Source of the DNA: Candidatus Thalassarchaeaceae archaeon
Lineage (GTDB): Archaea; Thermoplasmatota; Poseidoniia; Poseidoniales; Thalassarchaeaceae
DNA length: 64,000 nt
Direction of reading: 5' to 3'
Assembly: GCA_030748775.1 (NCBI GenBank)
Contig: JASMLH010000005.1
Location: 8,625-72,624 of the forward strand
Below are positions 36,781 to 45,720 of this stretch, piece after piece; the stretch's first letter is position 1; each line of letters opens with the position of its first letter. Both the position numbers and the translations under genes were made by a program. The notes beneath the pieces were generated by a model, which saw only the letters and a program-made list of their open reading frames with translations, was not told the origin of the DNA and did no database searches.

Positions 36781-37035
36781 ATGAGAACAACAAGACTAAG
36801 GCAGAAGATCAAGAAATTCCTGGACGAAAGAGGGGAGGCCAACACGACTGAGATTCTCGAACATGTGAACTCAACCATGAGACATGGCACGACCCCTCAG
36901 CAGCTTGGGAACGTTCTTTCGAAAGACAAAGACATCCTCAAAGTGGCGACCACAAAGAGAGGGGGAGCCCTATCCGGAAGGTACGAAATATGCGTGTGGC
37001 AGGTTCGTCCTGGTGCCCTCGAAGAAAAGGGCTAA
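36781..37035 (+). CDS. Small basic winged-helix-like protein (84 aa)
   Basis: MRTTRLRQKIKKFLDERGEANTTEILEHVNSTMRHGTTPQQLGNVLSKDKDILKV has an HTH-like pattern. Divergent from the 864-aa gene. The ATG at 36781 is preferred over the track start at 36667, which lies in AT-rich spacer. TTATATT at 36711-36717 may be its TATA box. Confidence 0.55.
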   Translation: MRTTRLRQKIKKFLDERGEANTTEILEHVNSTMRHGTTPQQLGNVLSKDKDILKVATTKRGGALSGRYEICVWQVRPGALEEKG

Positions 37036-38051
37036 GCCTCCAAACCCTCATCCCAGTCCCCACTTCTGGCGAGCCCGTTCATCCTTGCCCGATTAGAGAA
37101 TGCTAGTTGGCTGGAAGCTTCGGCGTCTGTATCACCGCTTGCCCACGTTCTAAGGGCCTCGGCCTGAAGAGCGCGCCCATACGAGTATGAAAGCTGCCAG
37201 GGGTGTTGCACATCCATCTTATTCATCAAGTTCAGATGAGCAGTAGCATCCTCATCCGATTGGCCTCCAGAAAGGAAGACTATTCCAGGAAGGTCATGAG
37301 GGACATGATCAGTTAGGCAGTTCACCGTCATCTGAGCTACTTCGTCTCTTGAAATCTGCTCTTCGCAATCCTTTCCAGCCATAACCATGTTCGGCTTTAG
37401 AAGGGCCCCGGGGATGTGTACTCCCTGTGCTTTGCACTGAGAAAATGTCTCATCGAGAATTGCAGCAGTAACTTCGTAGCATCGATTAGCGTCATGGTCC
37501 CCTTCCATCAGTACCTCTGGCTCGATTATTGGGACTAGGCCCTGTTCCTGGCAAATTGCAGCGTATCTAGCAAGCGCATGGGCGTTTGTAGACAAGCAAG
37601 CGCCGCTTGGAATGCTATCGCCAATTTTGATCACGGCCCGCCATTTTGAGAATCTCGCCCCCATTGCGAAATATTCCTCGCACCTTTCCCTTAGGCCATC
37701 TAGTCCCTCTGTTATCTTCTCGCCTTCATGATGAGCAAGCTCCTTTGCTCCAGTATCGACCTTTATTCCCGGATGAATACCTCGCTGAGAGAGGGCATTT
37801 GGAATTGACGTTCCATCATCCATAGATTGGCGAATGGTCTCGTCGAAGAGAATGACGCCACTAATTGACGACTCGTAACCATCAGTCGAGAAAAGGTTCG
37901 TCCTGTACGCTCTACGAGTCTCTGCAGATGGTTCCACCCCCACAGCTTCTAGCCTTTTGGACATGGTGCCGCTGCTTTCATCGGCCGCTAGAATCCCCCG
38001 TCCAGGTGCCACTAATTCGCTTGCAGTTTTCTCCAACAGTCCCTTGTCCAT
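37032..38051 (-). CDS. fba: Fructose-bisphosphate aldolase, class I (eukaryote/bacterial 'glycolytic' type)
   Basis: GRGILAADESSGTMSKRLE, GIKVDTG, EPEVLM.GDH, LLKPNMV (Schiff-base Lys region), FLSGGQS and SYSYGRALQ. Confidence 0.92.
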   Translation of the reverse strand: MDKGLLEKTASELVAPGRGILAADESSGTMSKRLEAVGVEPSAETRRAYRTNLFSTDGYESSISGVILFDETIRQSMDDGTSIPNALSQRGIHPGIKVDTGAKELAHHEGEKITEGLDGLRERCEEYFAMGARFSKWRAVIKIGDSIPSGACLSTNAHALARYAAICQEQGLVPIIEPEVLMEGDHDANRCYEVTAAILDETFSQCKAQGVHIPGALLKPNMVMAGKDCEEQISRDEVAQMTVNCLTDHVPHDLPGIVFLSGGQSDEDATAHLNLMNKMDVQHPWQLSYSYGRALQAEALRTWASGDTDAEASSQLAFSNRARMNGLARSGDWDEGLEA

Positions 38052-38130
38052 GGCCGGTTCCCCGTTCGTGGGGAAGAGGTCAGAGAAAAGAATCCATCGA
38101 CCCTAGATTATAGGGGAAAATCTGGGAGTC

Positions 38131-39090
38131 TTAGTTTGAAACGGTAGATGAGGCAAAGATGTGCTTCTTTGATTGGACCTCGATAATCTCAGAATTGACT
38201 TGGAATTTTCCGCCCCCCAAATCCTCAACTCCCTTGGTCCTTCCATCACAGACTCCTGTCCCAATAAAGACCGAGTCTTCGGAACTGCATAATTCATCAC
38301 GATCCCAAATTCTCTCTATATCCCCGTCTACCATGGCCTCTGCCCTCTCCCTGTGCCCTTCGTTCTTGAACACAAGTCTGCCTTCGAATGGGGCTCCGAG
38401 TCCTCGAAGAGCAGTAGCGGTGATTACTCCCTCCGGAGCGGCGCCGATGCCCATTAGCATGTCAATATCCGAATCTGGATCGGCAGCATTCAGGGCCGCG
38501 GCTATGTCGCCATCTCCAATCAACACCGGAGTGACTCCTAAATCCTTCAAATCCCTAATCAATTGGTCATGCCTAGGCCTTTCCATTACAACTACCTGAA
38601 TTTCCCCTGGCCCCTTCCCTAGGGCTGAACATGCCCCCTCGATGTTGTATGCAACGTCGGCTTCCAAGCTAACCTCTCCTGAGACTTCAGCTGGCCCTGC
38701 AATCTTGTTCATGTAGCAATCAGGCGCGTGAAGCAGGGACCCCCTGGGACCAGCAGCAAGAACGGCCATAGCATTTGGAAGGTCCAGAGCTACATGGTTT
38801 GTACACTCGAGAGGATCGACTGCGATATCTATGGAAGGGGCCGATGGGTCTCCCTGCTTGGATCCCAGTGGTTCTCCGATCCAAAGCATGGGAGCATCAT
38901 CCCTCTCTCCCTCCCCGATTGCTACTCGTCCATCAAATGGGACATTATCAAACACAGAACGCATTGCCTCGACTGCTGCTCCATCTGCAGCCTTCCGGTC
39001 ACCAAGACCCTTCCATGCAGAGGCAGCAATGGCGGCGGCTTCGGTCGCCCTTAGGAAGTCAGGCACTAAATCCGCTGTGGCCACACCCAC
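38131..39090 (-). CDS. glpX: Fructose-1,6-bisphosphatase class II (GlpX type)
   Basis: RATEAAAIAASAWKGLGDRKAADGAAVEAMR, IAVDPLECTN, MGIGAAPEGVITA and the C-terminal IFIGTGVCDG. Confidence 0.9.
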   Translation of the reverse strand: MGVATADLVPDFLRATEAAAIAASAWKGLGDRKAADGAAVEAMRSVFDNVPFDGRVAIGEGERDDAPMLWIGEPLGSKQGDPSAPSIDIAVDPLECTNHVALDLPNAMAVLAAGPRGSLLHAPDCYMNKIAGPAEVSGEVSLEADVAYNIEGACSALGKGPGEIQVVVMERPRHDQLIRDLKDLGVTPVLIGDGDIAAALNAADPDSDIDMLMGIGAAPEGVITATALRGLGAPFEGRLVFKNEGHRERAEAMVDGDIERIWDRDELCSSEDSVFIGTGVCDGRTKGVEDLGGGKFQVNSEIIEVQSKKHIFASSTVSN

Positions 39091-39108
39091 CTGAGGGGGG
39101 ATAGGAAT

Positions 39109-39594
39109 TCAATCCTGTGGTTCAGACTTCTTCTTGCTAATTACGCGGATATCATCGATCTTTGCACTGGGATATTGGCCATTTCCGTCCTTTTCTATTG
39201 GCTTTAGCATGTCCCAGGCACAAAGTAGACCTGCACTCACTCCGCAAAGTGCCTCCATTTCGACCCCCGTGGCCCAATGGGTTCTAACTGAGACGGTGCA
39301 CCGCAGACCACTTTCTTCTATGATCCAGTCTACGGTACAACCCTCAATGGGAATTGGGTGACAGTGGGGCAGGATTCTGGGTGTCTCTTTCACCGCCTGG
39401 ATCGCTGCAATCGTCGAGGCTTCTCGTACGTCCCCTTTCGGAGATCTTCCATTTTCGACTAAATCCATGGATTGGGAAGATAGGATGAGGATTCCAGTGG
39501 CAACAGCCTCCCTAGCTACCACTGGCTTGTCTCCAATATCAACAATTCCAGTCCATGAGTCTGTCACGTTCCCACCGTCCCTCGGAAGGGGCAC
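39109..39594 (-). CDS. moaC: Cyclic pyranopterin monophosphate synthase accessory protein MoaC
   Basis: VDIGDKPVVAREAVA, KGDVREASTIAAIQAVKETP.ILPHCHPI and TGVEMEALCGVS. Confidence 0.9.
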   Translation of the reverse strand: MPLPRDGGNVTDSWTGIVDIGDKPVVAREAVATGILILSSQSMDLVENGRSPKGDVREASTIAAIQAVKETPRILPHCHPIPIEGCTVDWIIEESGLRCTVSVRTHWATGVEMEALCGVSAGLLCAWDMLKPIEKDGNGQYPSAKIDDIRVISKKKSEPQD

Positions 39595-39656
39595 TTACTA
39601 TTCAGGGACTCGGAAAGCTGCATTGGGATGAAATACCAACATAGTCATGGGCCATC

Positions 39657-39917
39657 ATGGCGAAAGAGTTCCGAGACAAGGCCACGCCCGGACTTGTTCC
39701 TATTCTGAAATCTGGATTGTCCCATGATAGGCCAGCCAAGGATGGGACCAAGCTTCAGGTTCTAGACGACCTATGCGTGGGTTGCTCGTACTGCCTAATG
39801 GCCTGCAATGACGATGCTCTAATCGTTGAGGGACTATGTGAGGTGATTGAGCAAAACTGCACTGACTGCTTGAAATGTCTGTTGTGGTGTCCGACTGGGG
39901 CATTGGTGTATGCATGA
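39657..39917 (+). CDS. 2x[4Fe-4S]-type ferredoxin domain protein
   Basis: Two cysteine clusters, CVGCSYCLMAC and CTDCLKCLLWCP, in 86 aa. Confidence 0.75.
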   Translation: MAKEFRDKATPGLVPILKSGLSHDRPAKDGTKLQVLDDLCVGCSYCLMACNDDALIVEGLCEVIEQNCTDCLKCLLWCPTGALVYA

Positions 39918-39926
39918 GGTGCACAA

Positions 39927-41267
39927 TTGGTTAAATCGAAAGCAGTGGTGATTGGAGCAGGTTTGGGGGGTCTGACCTCCGCAGCCAAGCTTTCCCAAAC
40001 AGGAAAATACGAGGTAACGGTGTTCGAAAGAATGTCGTTCGCGGGTGGTAGATTTACGCAGCACGACCATGACGGGTTCCAGATTCCCACGGGTGCGGTA
40101 CATACCATACCCCATGGTAGGAGGGGCCCATTCGCAAAGTTGATTCTCGGAAAGAAGAACAGGGGTGGACTCGAACTGGGAAAGAGGGGGGTTGATTTCC
40201 TGCCTACTACAAAGTTCGCAGGAATGAGGCGCGAAGGAAAGCACTATGCAGCAAAATCGGTCTACGGAATATTGCCTTGGTTCCCCCTGAAGAATACGCT
40301 TAACATGCCCAGACTTCTTGCTTCCAGAGCAAAAAGTCCCTGGACCCAGGAAACAATGGATGGTAGGACCTGGCTAAGTAAGATGTTCACGGATGATTTT
40401 ATCGACTTCTTGGATGCATTCTCGAACTTTGCAATTAGCTTAAGGTTTGACCAAATGCCTGCCTCCACAGTGGCAAGGATGCTGCAAAACTCATTCTGGA
40501 GTGATCGCCCACACATCCCTAAAGGGGGATGCAAAGGGGTGATTGATGGACTTAGAGCAGAGCTAAAGAACAACGGTGCCAAATTGAAGCTTTCACACGA
40601 AATTACAGAGATATTGCCGGGTTCGGCTGAAGAAGAAACGAAAGGAAACCGTTTCTGCATTGGAGTTAGAAGGAGGGGCAGGGAAAGCCCGAACTGGATA
40701 GGAGCGGATTCGATCATTCACAATGGGGGACATCCCAATCTACTGAGTTCCCTATCTGATGAGTTTGAGATCTCGGAAGGAATAAGAGATCAAGTGGAGA
40801 ACACTCAGGCGGTGGGAGGGATTGGTTTCGTTTTCAGTCTCGATGACAACATACCTCAAAGAGACAGTGGGGTCACTATGATTCCAGGCAAAGAAAGAGT
40901 CGGTGGATACATCATCCCAACTTTCAGCGAGCCTGCCTTAGCCCCCGAGGGAAAGCACATGATGATCACCCATCAGTACGTCCCAGATCCAAGCGTCAAA
41001 TCTGAGATTTCTAGAGGCAGGGAAGAGATTTTCGAAGCAGTTCCATGGCTCTCGGACCACGGAGAAGAGCTGTGCGTCCACACATATCACCGAAACTGGC
41101 CATGCAACCGTGCCCCTATGGGTGCGGAGCTCCCCTCGGACGTTGGGGTAGATGGGATCCGGCTTGTCGGAGACGGAGTGAAGGGGCACGGTTGGATGAT
41201 GATCGAGGGGATTGCTGCAAACGTTCCTGGTGCAGTGCGGGATGTCTGCATGGCAATGGATTCCTAG
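39927..41267 (+). CDS. FAD/NAD(P)-dependent oxidoreductase, phytoene-desaturase (CrtI/amine oxidase) family
   Basis: Dinucleotide fold AVVIGAGLGGLTSAAKLSQTGKYEVTVFERMSFAGGR. 446 aa, TTG start, 10 nt after the ferredoxin gene. Confidence 0.75.
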   Translation: MVKSKAVVIGAGLGGLTSAAKLSQTGKYEVTVFERMSFAGGRFTQHDHDGFQIPTGAVHTIPHGRRGPFAKLILGKKNRGGLELGKRGVDFLPTTKFAGMRREGKHYAAKSVYGILPWFPLKNTLNMPRLLASRAKSPWTQETMDGRTWLSKMFTDDFIDFLDAFSNFAISLRFDQMPASTVARMLQNSFWSDRPHIPKGGCKGVIDGLRAELKNNGAKLKLSHEITEILPGSAEEETKGNRFCIGVRRRGRESPNWIGADSIIHNGGHPNLLSSLSDEFEISEGIRDQVENTQAVGGIGFVFSLDDNIPQRDSGVTMIPGKERVGGYIIPTFSEPALAPEGKHMMITHQYVPDPSVKSEISRGREEIFEAVPWLSDHGEELCVHTYHRNWPCNRAPMGAELPSDVGVDGIRLVGDGVKGHGWMMIEGIAANVPGAVRDVCMAMDS

Positions 41268-41270
41268 TTC

Positions 41271-41690
41271 CTAACCCAGTCCAGACTTCCAAACCTCTCC
41301 ATCCTCTCGAACCTCCTTCTTCCAAAGTGGTGCCTGTTTCTTCAACTCAGAAATTAGCCAGGAGCACGCTGAAAATCCCTCTTCCCTATGTGCAGAACCA
41401 ACGTGAATGCACACTATTGGCTCCCCCCGGGGAACCACACCTATTCTGTGGGATATAGCTATGGAATTGACTCCGAAATCAGCCAATGCCTGTTCCGCAA
41501 TATCACTGAGGACTCCCGGCAGGGCATCCTCCCAAGCATCAAACTCCAGATATTCAACCCTGTGTCCGTCATCCTCGCCCCTAGTGATTCCCACGAAACT
41601 AACTATGCTGCCGCATCCTTCGGTGTCCATTTCCTTCCTTAGTGCCTCTGAATCGAGATGGCTGGATTCAATTCGGATATGCACGGCCAC
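41271..41690 (-). CDS. moaE: Molybdopterin synthase catalytic subunit MoaE
   Basis: GSIVSFVGITRG...VEYLEFDAWEDA, IAISHRIGVV..GEPIVCIHVGSAHR and APLWKKE. The track ORF extends to 41834, but the GTG at 41690 gives the usual MoaE length of about 140 aa and removes the head-to-head overlap. Confidence 0.85.
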   Translation of the reverse strand: MAVHIRIESSHLDSEALRKEMDTEGCGSIVSFVGITRGEDDGHRVEYLEFDAWEDALPGVLSDIAEQALADFGVNSIAISHRIGVVPRGEPIVCIHVGSAHREEGFSACSWLISELKKQAPLWKKEVREDGEVWKSGLG

Positions 41691-41767
41691 GCTACGCCAT
41701 ATGCTTCTCCCGCTTGAAGACGACGGAAGACCCAACCGTTCAAGCGAGCGAATATAGTCGAAGGAAC

Positions 41768-42991
41768 GTGGGAGATGAAATTCATGTACTTGGTGCAGGA
41801 CTTTCCGGGCTATCTGCAGCAATAATTCTAGCAAGATCAGGCAAGGATGTGCACGTTCACGAGATTCGTGAGGATAGTGGAGCTAGATTTGATGGAGATT
41901 TCCAGGGAATAGAGAATTGGACCAGTGGGGTTGACTTCTTTGATGAGATGAAGAACTGGGGACTGGATCCCAACGAATTCAAATCGGACTCGTTTGGCAT
42001 AATCGACCTGATTCACCCAGACGACGTGATTTCCAATCCGAGAACGGATGGGGTTGCCTTCAGAGTTGTCGAAAGGGGCACTGCGGCACACACAATTGAT
42101 CAAGGATTCAAGAGAATGGCTCTTGAATCGGGTGTAAACATACACTACAAGGCCAATAGGGCACCTGAGGAATGCGACATCGTAGCAGCTGGGCCCAAGG
42201 AGTCCAGTGCAGTAGCATTTGGCGAGATATTTGAGACCGAGCACCCCAACATTGTCGCTTTCCAGCTGAATGACAAGCTCGCTCCTGGGGCATATTCATA
42301 CATGATTATTATCGATGGAGTGGGATTGATCTGCACATGCCTCTGGAGAAAGCAGAGAGGCAGTGGCAGGTTCCTCAATGAGACTATCGCATGGTATGAA
42401 CAGAACTACCAACTTAATCGAAGGCCAATCAAGAGAGTTGGGGGGAAGGGAGACTTCGGTTTGCCGAAGAAATATGTTCACGAGGGGAGGATATACGTGG
42501 GGGAGGCGGGTGGCCTTCAGGACTTCATGTGGGGTTTCGGGATGAGGTATGCAATTACCAGCGGTGTCCTGGCTGCCAAAGCAATTCTAGACGAGTGCGA
42601 CTATGAAAAAGAAGTCAGGAAGCGTTTGGTGCCACTCGTAGAGGCTAGCGCAATAAACAGATTTCTGATGAACAGGGTCGGCAACAGGGGATTCAAGTTT
42701 GTAGCAAATTACTGGATGAGGGATCAGGAACGTTCCGGAGATGGTCTCAGATTCATGAACTGGCTTTACAAACCGGGATTCTTTAGGAGAGCGCTCTGGC
42801 CGTTTGTCAGGATTGGAATGCTTCGCAAGAAGAAGCTAAAGGACGGAAGGGACATCAGGAGGATGCCATTCAGAACATCATTATCAAGGGACAGATGGGA
42901 GCCGAGCGATAGGGCGCTTGAGATTGCTGAAGAGTGGAAATCGGTGAAGAGGGCCGGGGGAAATCCGTCTTTCGGTGAGTCAGAGGCTTAG
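41768..42991 (+). CDS. FAD-dependent oxidoreductase (geranylgeranyl reductase / FixC-like family)
   Basis: HVLGAGLSGLSAAIILARSGKDVHVHE Rossmann motif and a later GEAGGLQDFMWGFGMRYAITSG. GTG start at 41768 proposed. The track start at 41642 overlaps moaE and has no fold-related sequence. Confidence 0.7.
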   Translation: MGDEIHVLGAGLSGLSAAIILARSGKDVHVHEIREDSGARFDGDFQGIENWTSGVDFFDEMKNWGLDPNEFKSDSFGIIDLIHPDDVISNPRTDGVAFRVVERGTAAHTIDQGFKRMALESGVNIHYKANRAPEECDIVAAGPKESSAVAFGEIFETEHPNIVAFQLNDKLAPGAYSYMIIIDGVGLICTCLWRKQRGSGRFLNETIAWYEQNYQLNRRPIKRVGGKGDFGLPKKYVHEGRIYVGEAGGLQDFMWGFGMRYAITSGVLAAKAILDECDYEKEVRKRLVPLVEASAINRFLMNRVGNRGFKFVANYWMRDQERSGDGLRFMNWLYKPGFFRRALWPFVRIGMLRKKKLKDGRDIRRMPFRTSLSRDRWEPSDRALEIAEEWKSVKRAGGNPSFGESEA

Positions 42992-43006
42992 AGCTACTGA
43001 CGCCGC

Positions 43007-43897
43007 TTGGTTGATATGACAACACTCTGTGGAATCTACATGACATCGTGGCCCAAACTAGAGGCGATGCAGAACAACCTAGTGAACTACGGAGTTACGG
43101 ACAACGGGATTGCAGTAATTGAGCTGTCTTCCGACTCCTCTGGAAGTCCCTGGACTGAAGGAAAGACATCCGTAAACACATACACGCACGAGATGATGAG
43201 GGACATAGACGAGGCAGTCCTGAGGGCGCGGTTCGACGACGATGTGACCGTAATCATCCTGACGGGGCACGGGGAGAAGTTCTTCTCGGCTGGAGCAAGC
43301 ATCAGCATGCTAGACTCAGTTTCTCCTGGATTCAAGTATTTCTTCTGCCTTCACGCGAATGAGACCCTGAGCAGGTTGGAGCAGACTCCCAAGCTAGTCA
43401 TCGCGGCATTGAATGGCCACGCTGTTGGTGGAGGCCTCGAGATCGCCATGGCAGCTGATATCAGGATAGCTCGAAAGGACTCCGGGCAGGTGGGACTGCC
43501 TGAGGTTTCTCTAGGTGTGCTTGCGGGAACGGGTGGGACGGCTCGACTGGCTCGACTTGTTGGAAAAGCCAAGGCTATGGAAATCATGGTTACCGGGAGA
43601 AAGTTCTCTTTCGAGGAAGCTCGAGAGATGTCCCTAGTTCACGACATCTGGGATGGAGGCATTGATGATTTCCACCAGGATATTATCGACTATTCGGGAC
43701 AATTCACCCTTCCGATGGCAGCCAGTAAGGCGATAGGGAATATCAAGAGGAGCGTACAGAGCGGAATGGAAATACCACTTGAATACCACCTAGCATTAGA
43801 GCGGGAGCTCCAATCCGACCTCTTTCAGAGCTCCGATGCAAAGGAAGGCATCGCGGCCTATGTGGAAAAGAAGACTCCTCGGTTCAAGGGCGAGTAG
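43007..43897 (+). CDS. Enoyl-CoA hydratase/isomerase (crotonase) family protein
   Basis: FFSAGASISML, ALNGHAVGGGLEIAMAADIRIA and PEVSLGVLAGTGGTARLARLVG. The start is uncertain, with in-frame ATGs at 43016 and 43067. Confidence 0.88.
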   Translation: MVDMTTLCGIYMTSWPKLEAMQNNLVNYGVTDNGIAVIELSSDSSGSPWTEGKTSVNTYTHEMMRDIDEAVLRARFDDDVTVIILTGHGEKFFSAGASISMLDSVSPGFKYFFCLHANETLSRLEQTPKLVIAALNGHAVGGGLEIAMAADIRIARKDSGQVGLPEVSLGVLAGTGGTARLARLVGKAKAMEIMVTGRKFSFEEAREMSLVHDIWDGGIDDFHQDIIDYSGQFTLPMAASKAIGNIKRSVQSGMEIPLEYHLALERELQSDLFQSSDAKEGIAAYVEKKTPRFKGE

Positions 43898-43962
43898 CCC
43901 TGTCCAGATTATCGTACCTTAGCGACGCAACCTCTGAAATACCGCAACCTCTTGGCTTACCT

Positions 43963-45105
43963 ATGGAAGATACTGAGGTCGTGGAGAGTTATCCTACAAA
44001 CTTCGAAGCATGGATTGATGAGTTCAACGATTGGCAGACTAGAATCGGATTCGACCCATCCTGGCTTGGAGATTACAGGTTCGATATAAAGTTCGACTGG
44101 GACACTGCTGGAAGCTCAATAGAGTTCGGGGATTTCGAAGGGATGCCCAAGTGGGAAAGGAGGATGCAGATACCCCAACAAAACATCAGGGATGCAATAA
44201 TCAGCATGGTCAGCGTACAAGGTGACACAGAGTTCGCTAGTGTGGAGCAGCAAAATCACCTGCTTGAAACTGCACCGACGGAATACGACAAGAAGTCGGC
44301 CTTGCGAATAATGTGCGAGGAACAGAGGCATGGCTGGCAGATGGCATACCTTCTATGCACATTCTTTGGGGAACAGGGTGTCAGGGAGGCAGCGAAACTG
44401 CTAGAGAGGAATGCTCAGGAAGGTACCAGGATTCTCGGTTCTTTCAATGAGCCAATAGAACACTGGCTGGACTTCTTCATGTTCACTCACTTCATTGACA
44501 GGGACGGGAAGTACCAACTAAAGATGCTGAGTACGTCTTCTTTCAAGCCTCTCGCAGCAAGCATGGGTCCCATGCTGAAGGAGGAGTCGTTCCATCTGGG
44601 AACAGGTGCAAACGGTCTCAGGAGAGTCGTGAAGCAGGGGGTCATTCCGTGCGCGCTAATCCAGAAATATGTCAACAAGTGGGTCAGTACGGGACTGGAC
44701 CTATTCGGGACGGATGACTCCACCAGCGCGCAATGGGCATACGTATACGGAATCAAGGGCAGATACGACGAAAGAGAGTCTGAACAAGATGCTGACAGGG
44801 GCCACCTCAATGAGGCAAGCAGGGAGCTCTACTTCCAGGAGCTCCGTGATGAAATGAAGAGGATAAGCAAGGCTCGAAAGGAGGGTGAGCCTGAGCTATA
44901 CATCCCATCTGACAAGTTCCGGAGAAGCATCGGAAAGTATGCTGGAAAGAGATACACTGTCGAGGGAGTTCCTTTCGAAGGTAGCGATGGGGACTGGGAA
45001 GACTACCTGACTGAGATGCTCCCCACCGATGAAGACGAGAATCGGTTGATGAGTGAGTACATGCAGCAAGAATGGATCCAGTACCGAGAATGGAAAGGGG
45101 AATAG
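43963..45105 (+). CDS. Ferritin-like diiron oxygenase, BoxB/PaaA (aryl-CoA epoxidase) family, short form
   Basis: Two ExxH motifs, MCEEQRHGW (E120/H123) and LKEESFHLG (E208/H211). Also VQGDTEFASVEQQNHL and FFMFTHFIDRDGKYQL, which match my recollection of benzoyl-CoA 2,3-epoxidase BoxB. 380 aa. Confidence 0.65.
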   Translation: MEDTEVVESYPTNFEAWIDEFNDWQTRIGFDPSWLGDYRFDIKFDWDTAGSSIEFGDFEGMPKWERRMQIPQQNIRDAIISMVSVQGDTEFASVEQQNHLLETAPTEYDKKSALRIMCEEQRHGWQMAYLLCTFFGEQGVREAAKLLERNAQEGTRILGSFNEPIEHWLDFFMFTHFIDRDGKYQLKMLSTSSFKPLAASMGPMLKEESFHLGTGANGLRRVVKQGVIPCALIQKYVNKWVSTGLDLFGTDDSTSAQWAYVYGIKGRYDERESEQDADRGHLNEASRELYFQELRDEMKRISKARKEGEPELYIPSDKFRRSIGKYAGKRYTVEGVPFEGSDGDWEDYLTEMLPTDEDENRLMSEYMQQEWIQYREWKGE

Positions 45106-45122
45106 TCCGAGGAGGGGCCCAA

Positions 45123-45686
45123 ATGCGGCACGTTGCTCTAACTTCATTTGACAAGGCCCGATGTGGGCCTTTCTTCGAGAATCTTACTGACTTCTTCTAC
45201 CAACACCATCACTCGAAGGAAGAAGACGCAGGTACATACGAGGAGTTACTCTACATGGTTAGAAGGCCGTATACCCCGGAGATGCTGGACATGATTGATG
45301 AATGGATGGGGATCGAAACTAGGGATTGGAGGGAGGAGACACAGCGCGAAGTACTACTTTCCCTGTATGCGATTCGGTATCCCGACACACTTCTGATTGA
45401 GAGCCTTACAGAATCTGCTCGCTCGGACATTAGAAGGCTTTCCGCTTATCTTCATTTCACCCACCACACTTACGCGATATGGGATGAGGACACAAGGGCA
45501 GGCCTATCGAAACTGGGAATAGAAATTCCAACAATGGAGGCGGCTGATCCATTCGCATATGGTGCTTACATTACTTCGATAGAGCTTCTCAAGGACGTTG
45601 CCCCATTCACTTGCTTCCTAGAGCATGACGTACCTAGGCAGAGGCTATTCCAAGCAGCTCTAGCGGCATACGGACGCGAATCTTAG
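45123..45686 (+). CDS. Hypothetical protein
   Basis: 187 aa from the ATG at 45123, 17 nt after the oxygenase stop. No motif recognised. Lies between the oxygenase and 3-hydroxyacyl-CoA dehydrogenase genes. Confidence 0.5.
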   Translation: MRHVALTSFDKARCGPFFENLTDFFYQHHHSKEEDAGTYEELLYMVRRPYTPEMLDMIDEWMGIETRDWREETQREVLLSLYAIRYPDTLLIESLTESARSDIRRLSAYLHFTHHTYAIWDEDTRAGLSKLGIEIPTMEAADPFAYGAYITSIELLKDVAPFTCFLEHDVPRQRLFQAALAAYGRES

Positions 45687-45720
45687 GACGGCTTATTGCC
45701 AGAAGTCCGCCCGGCCGCAC

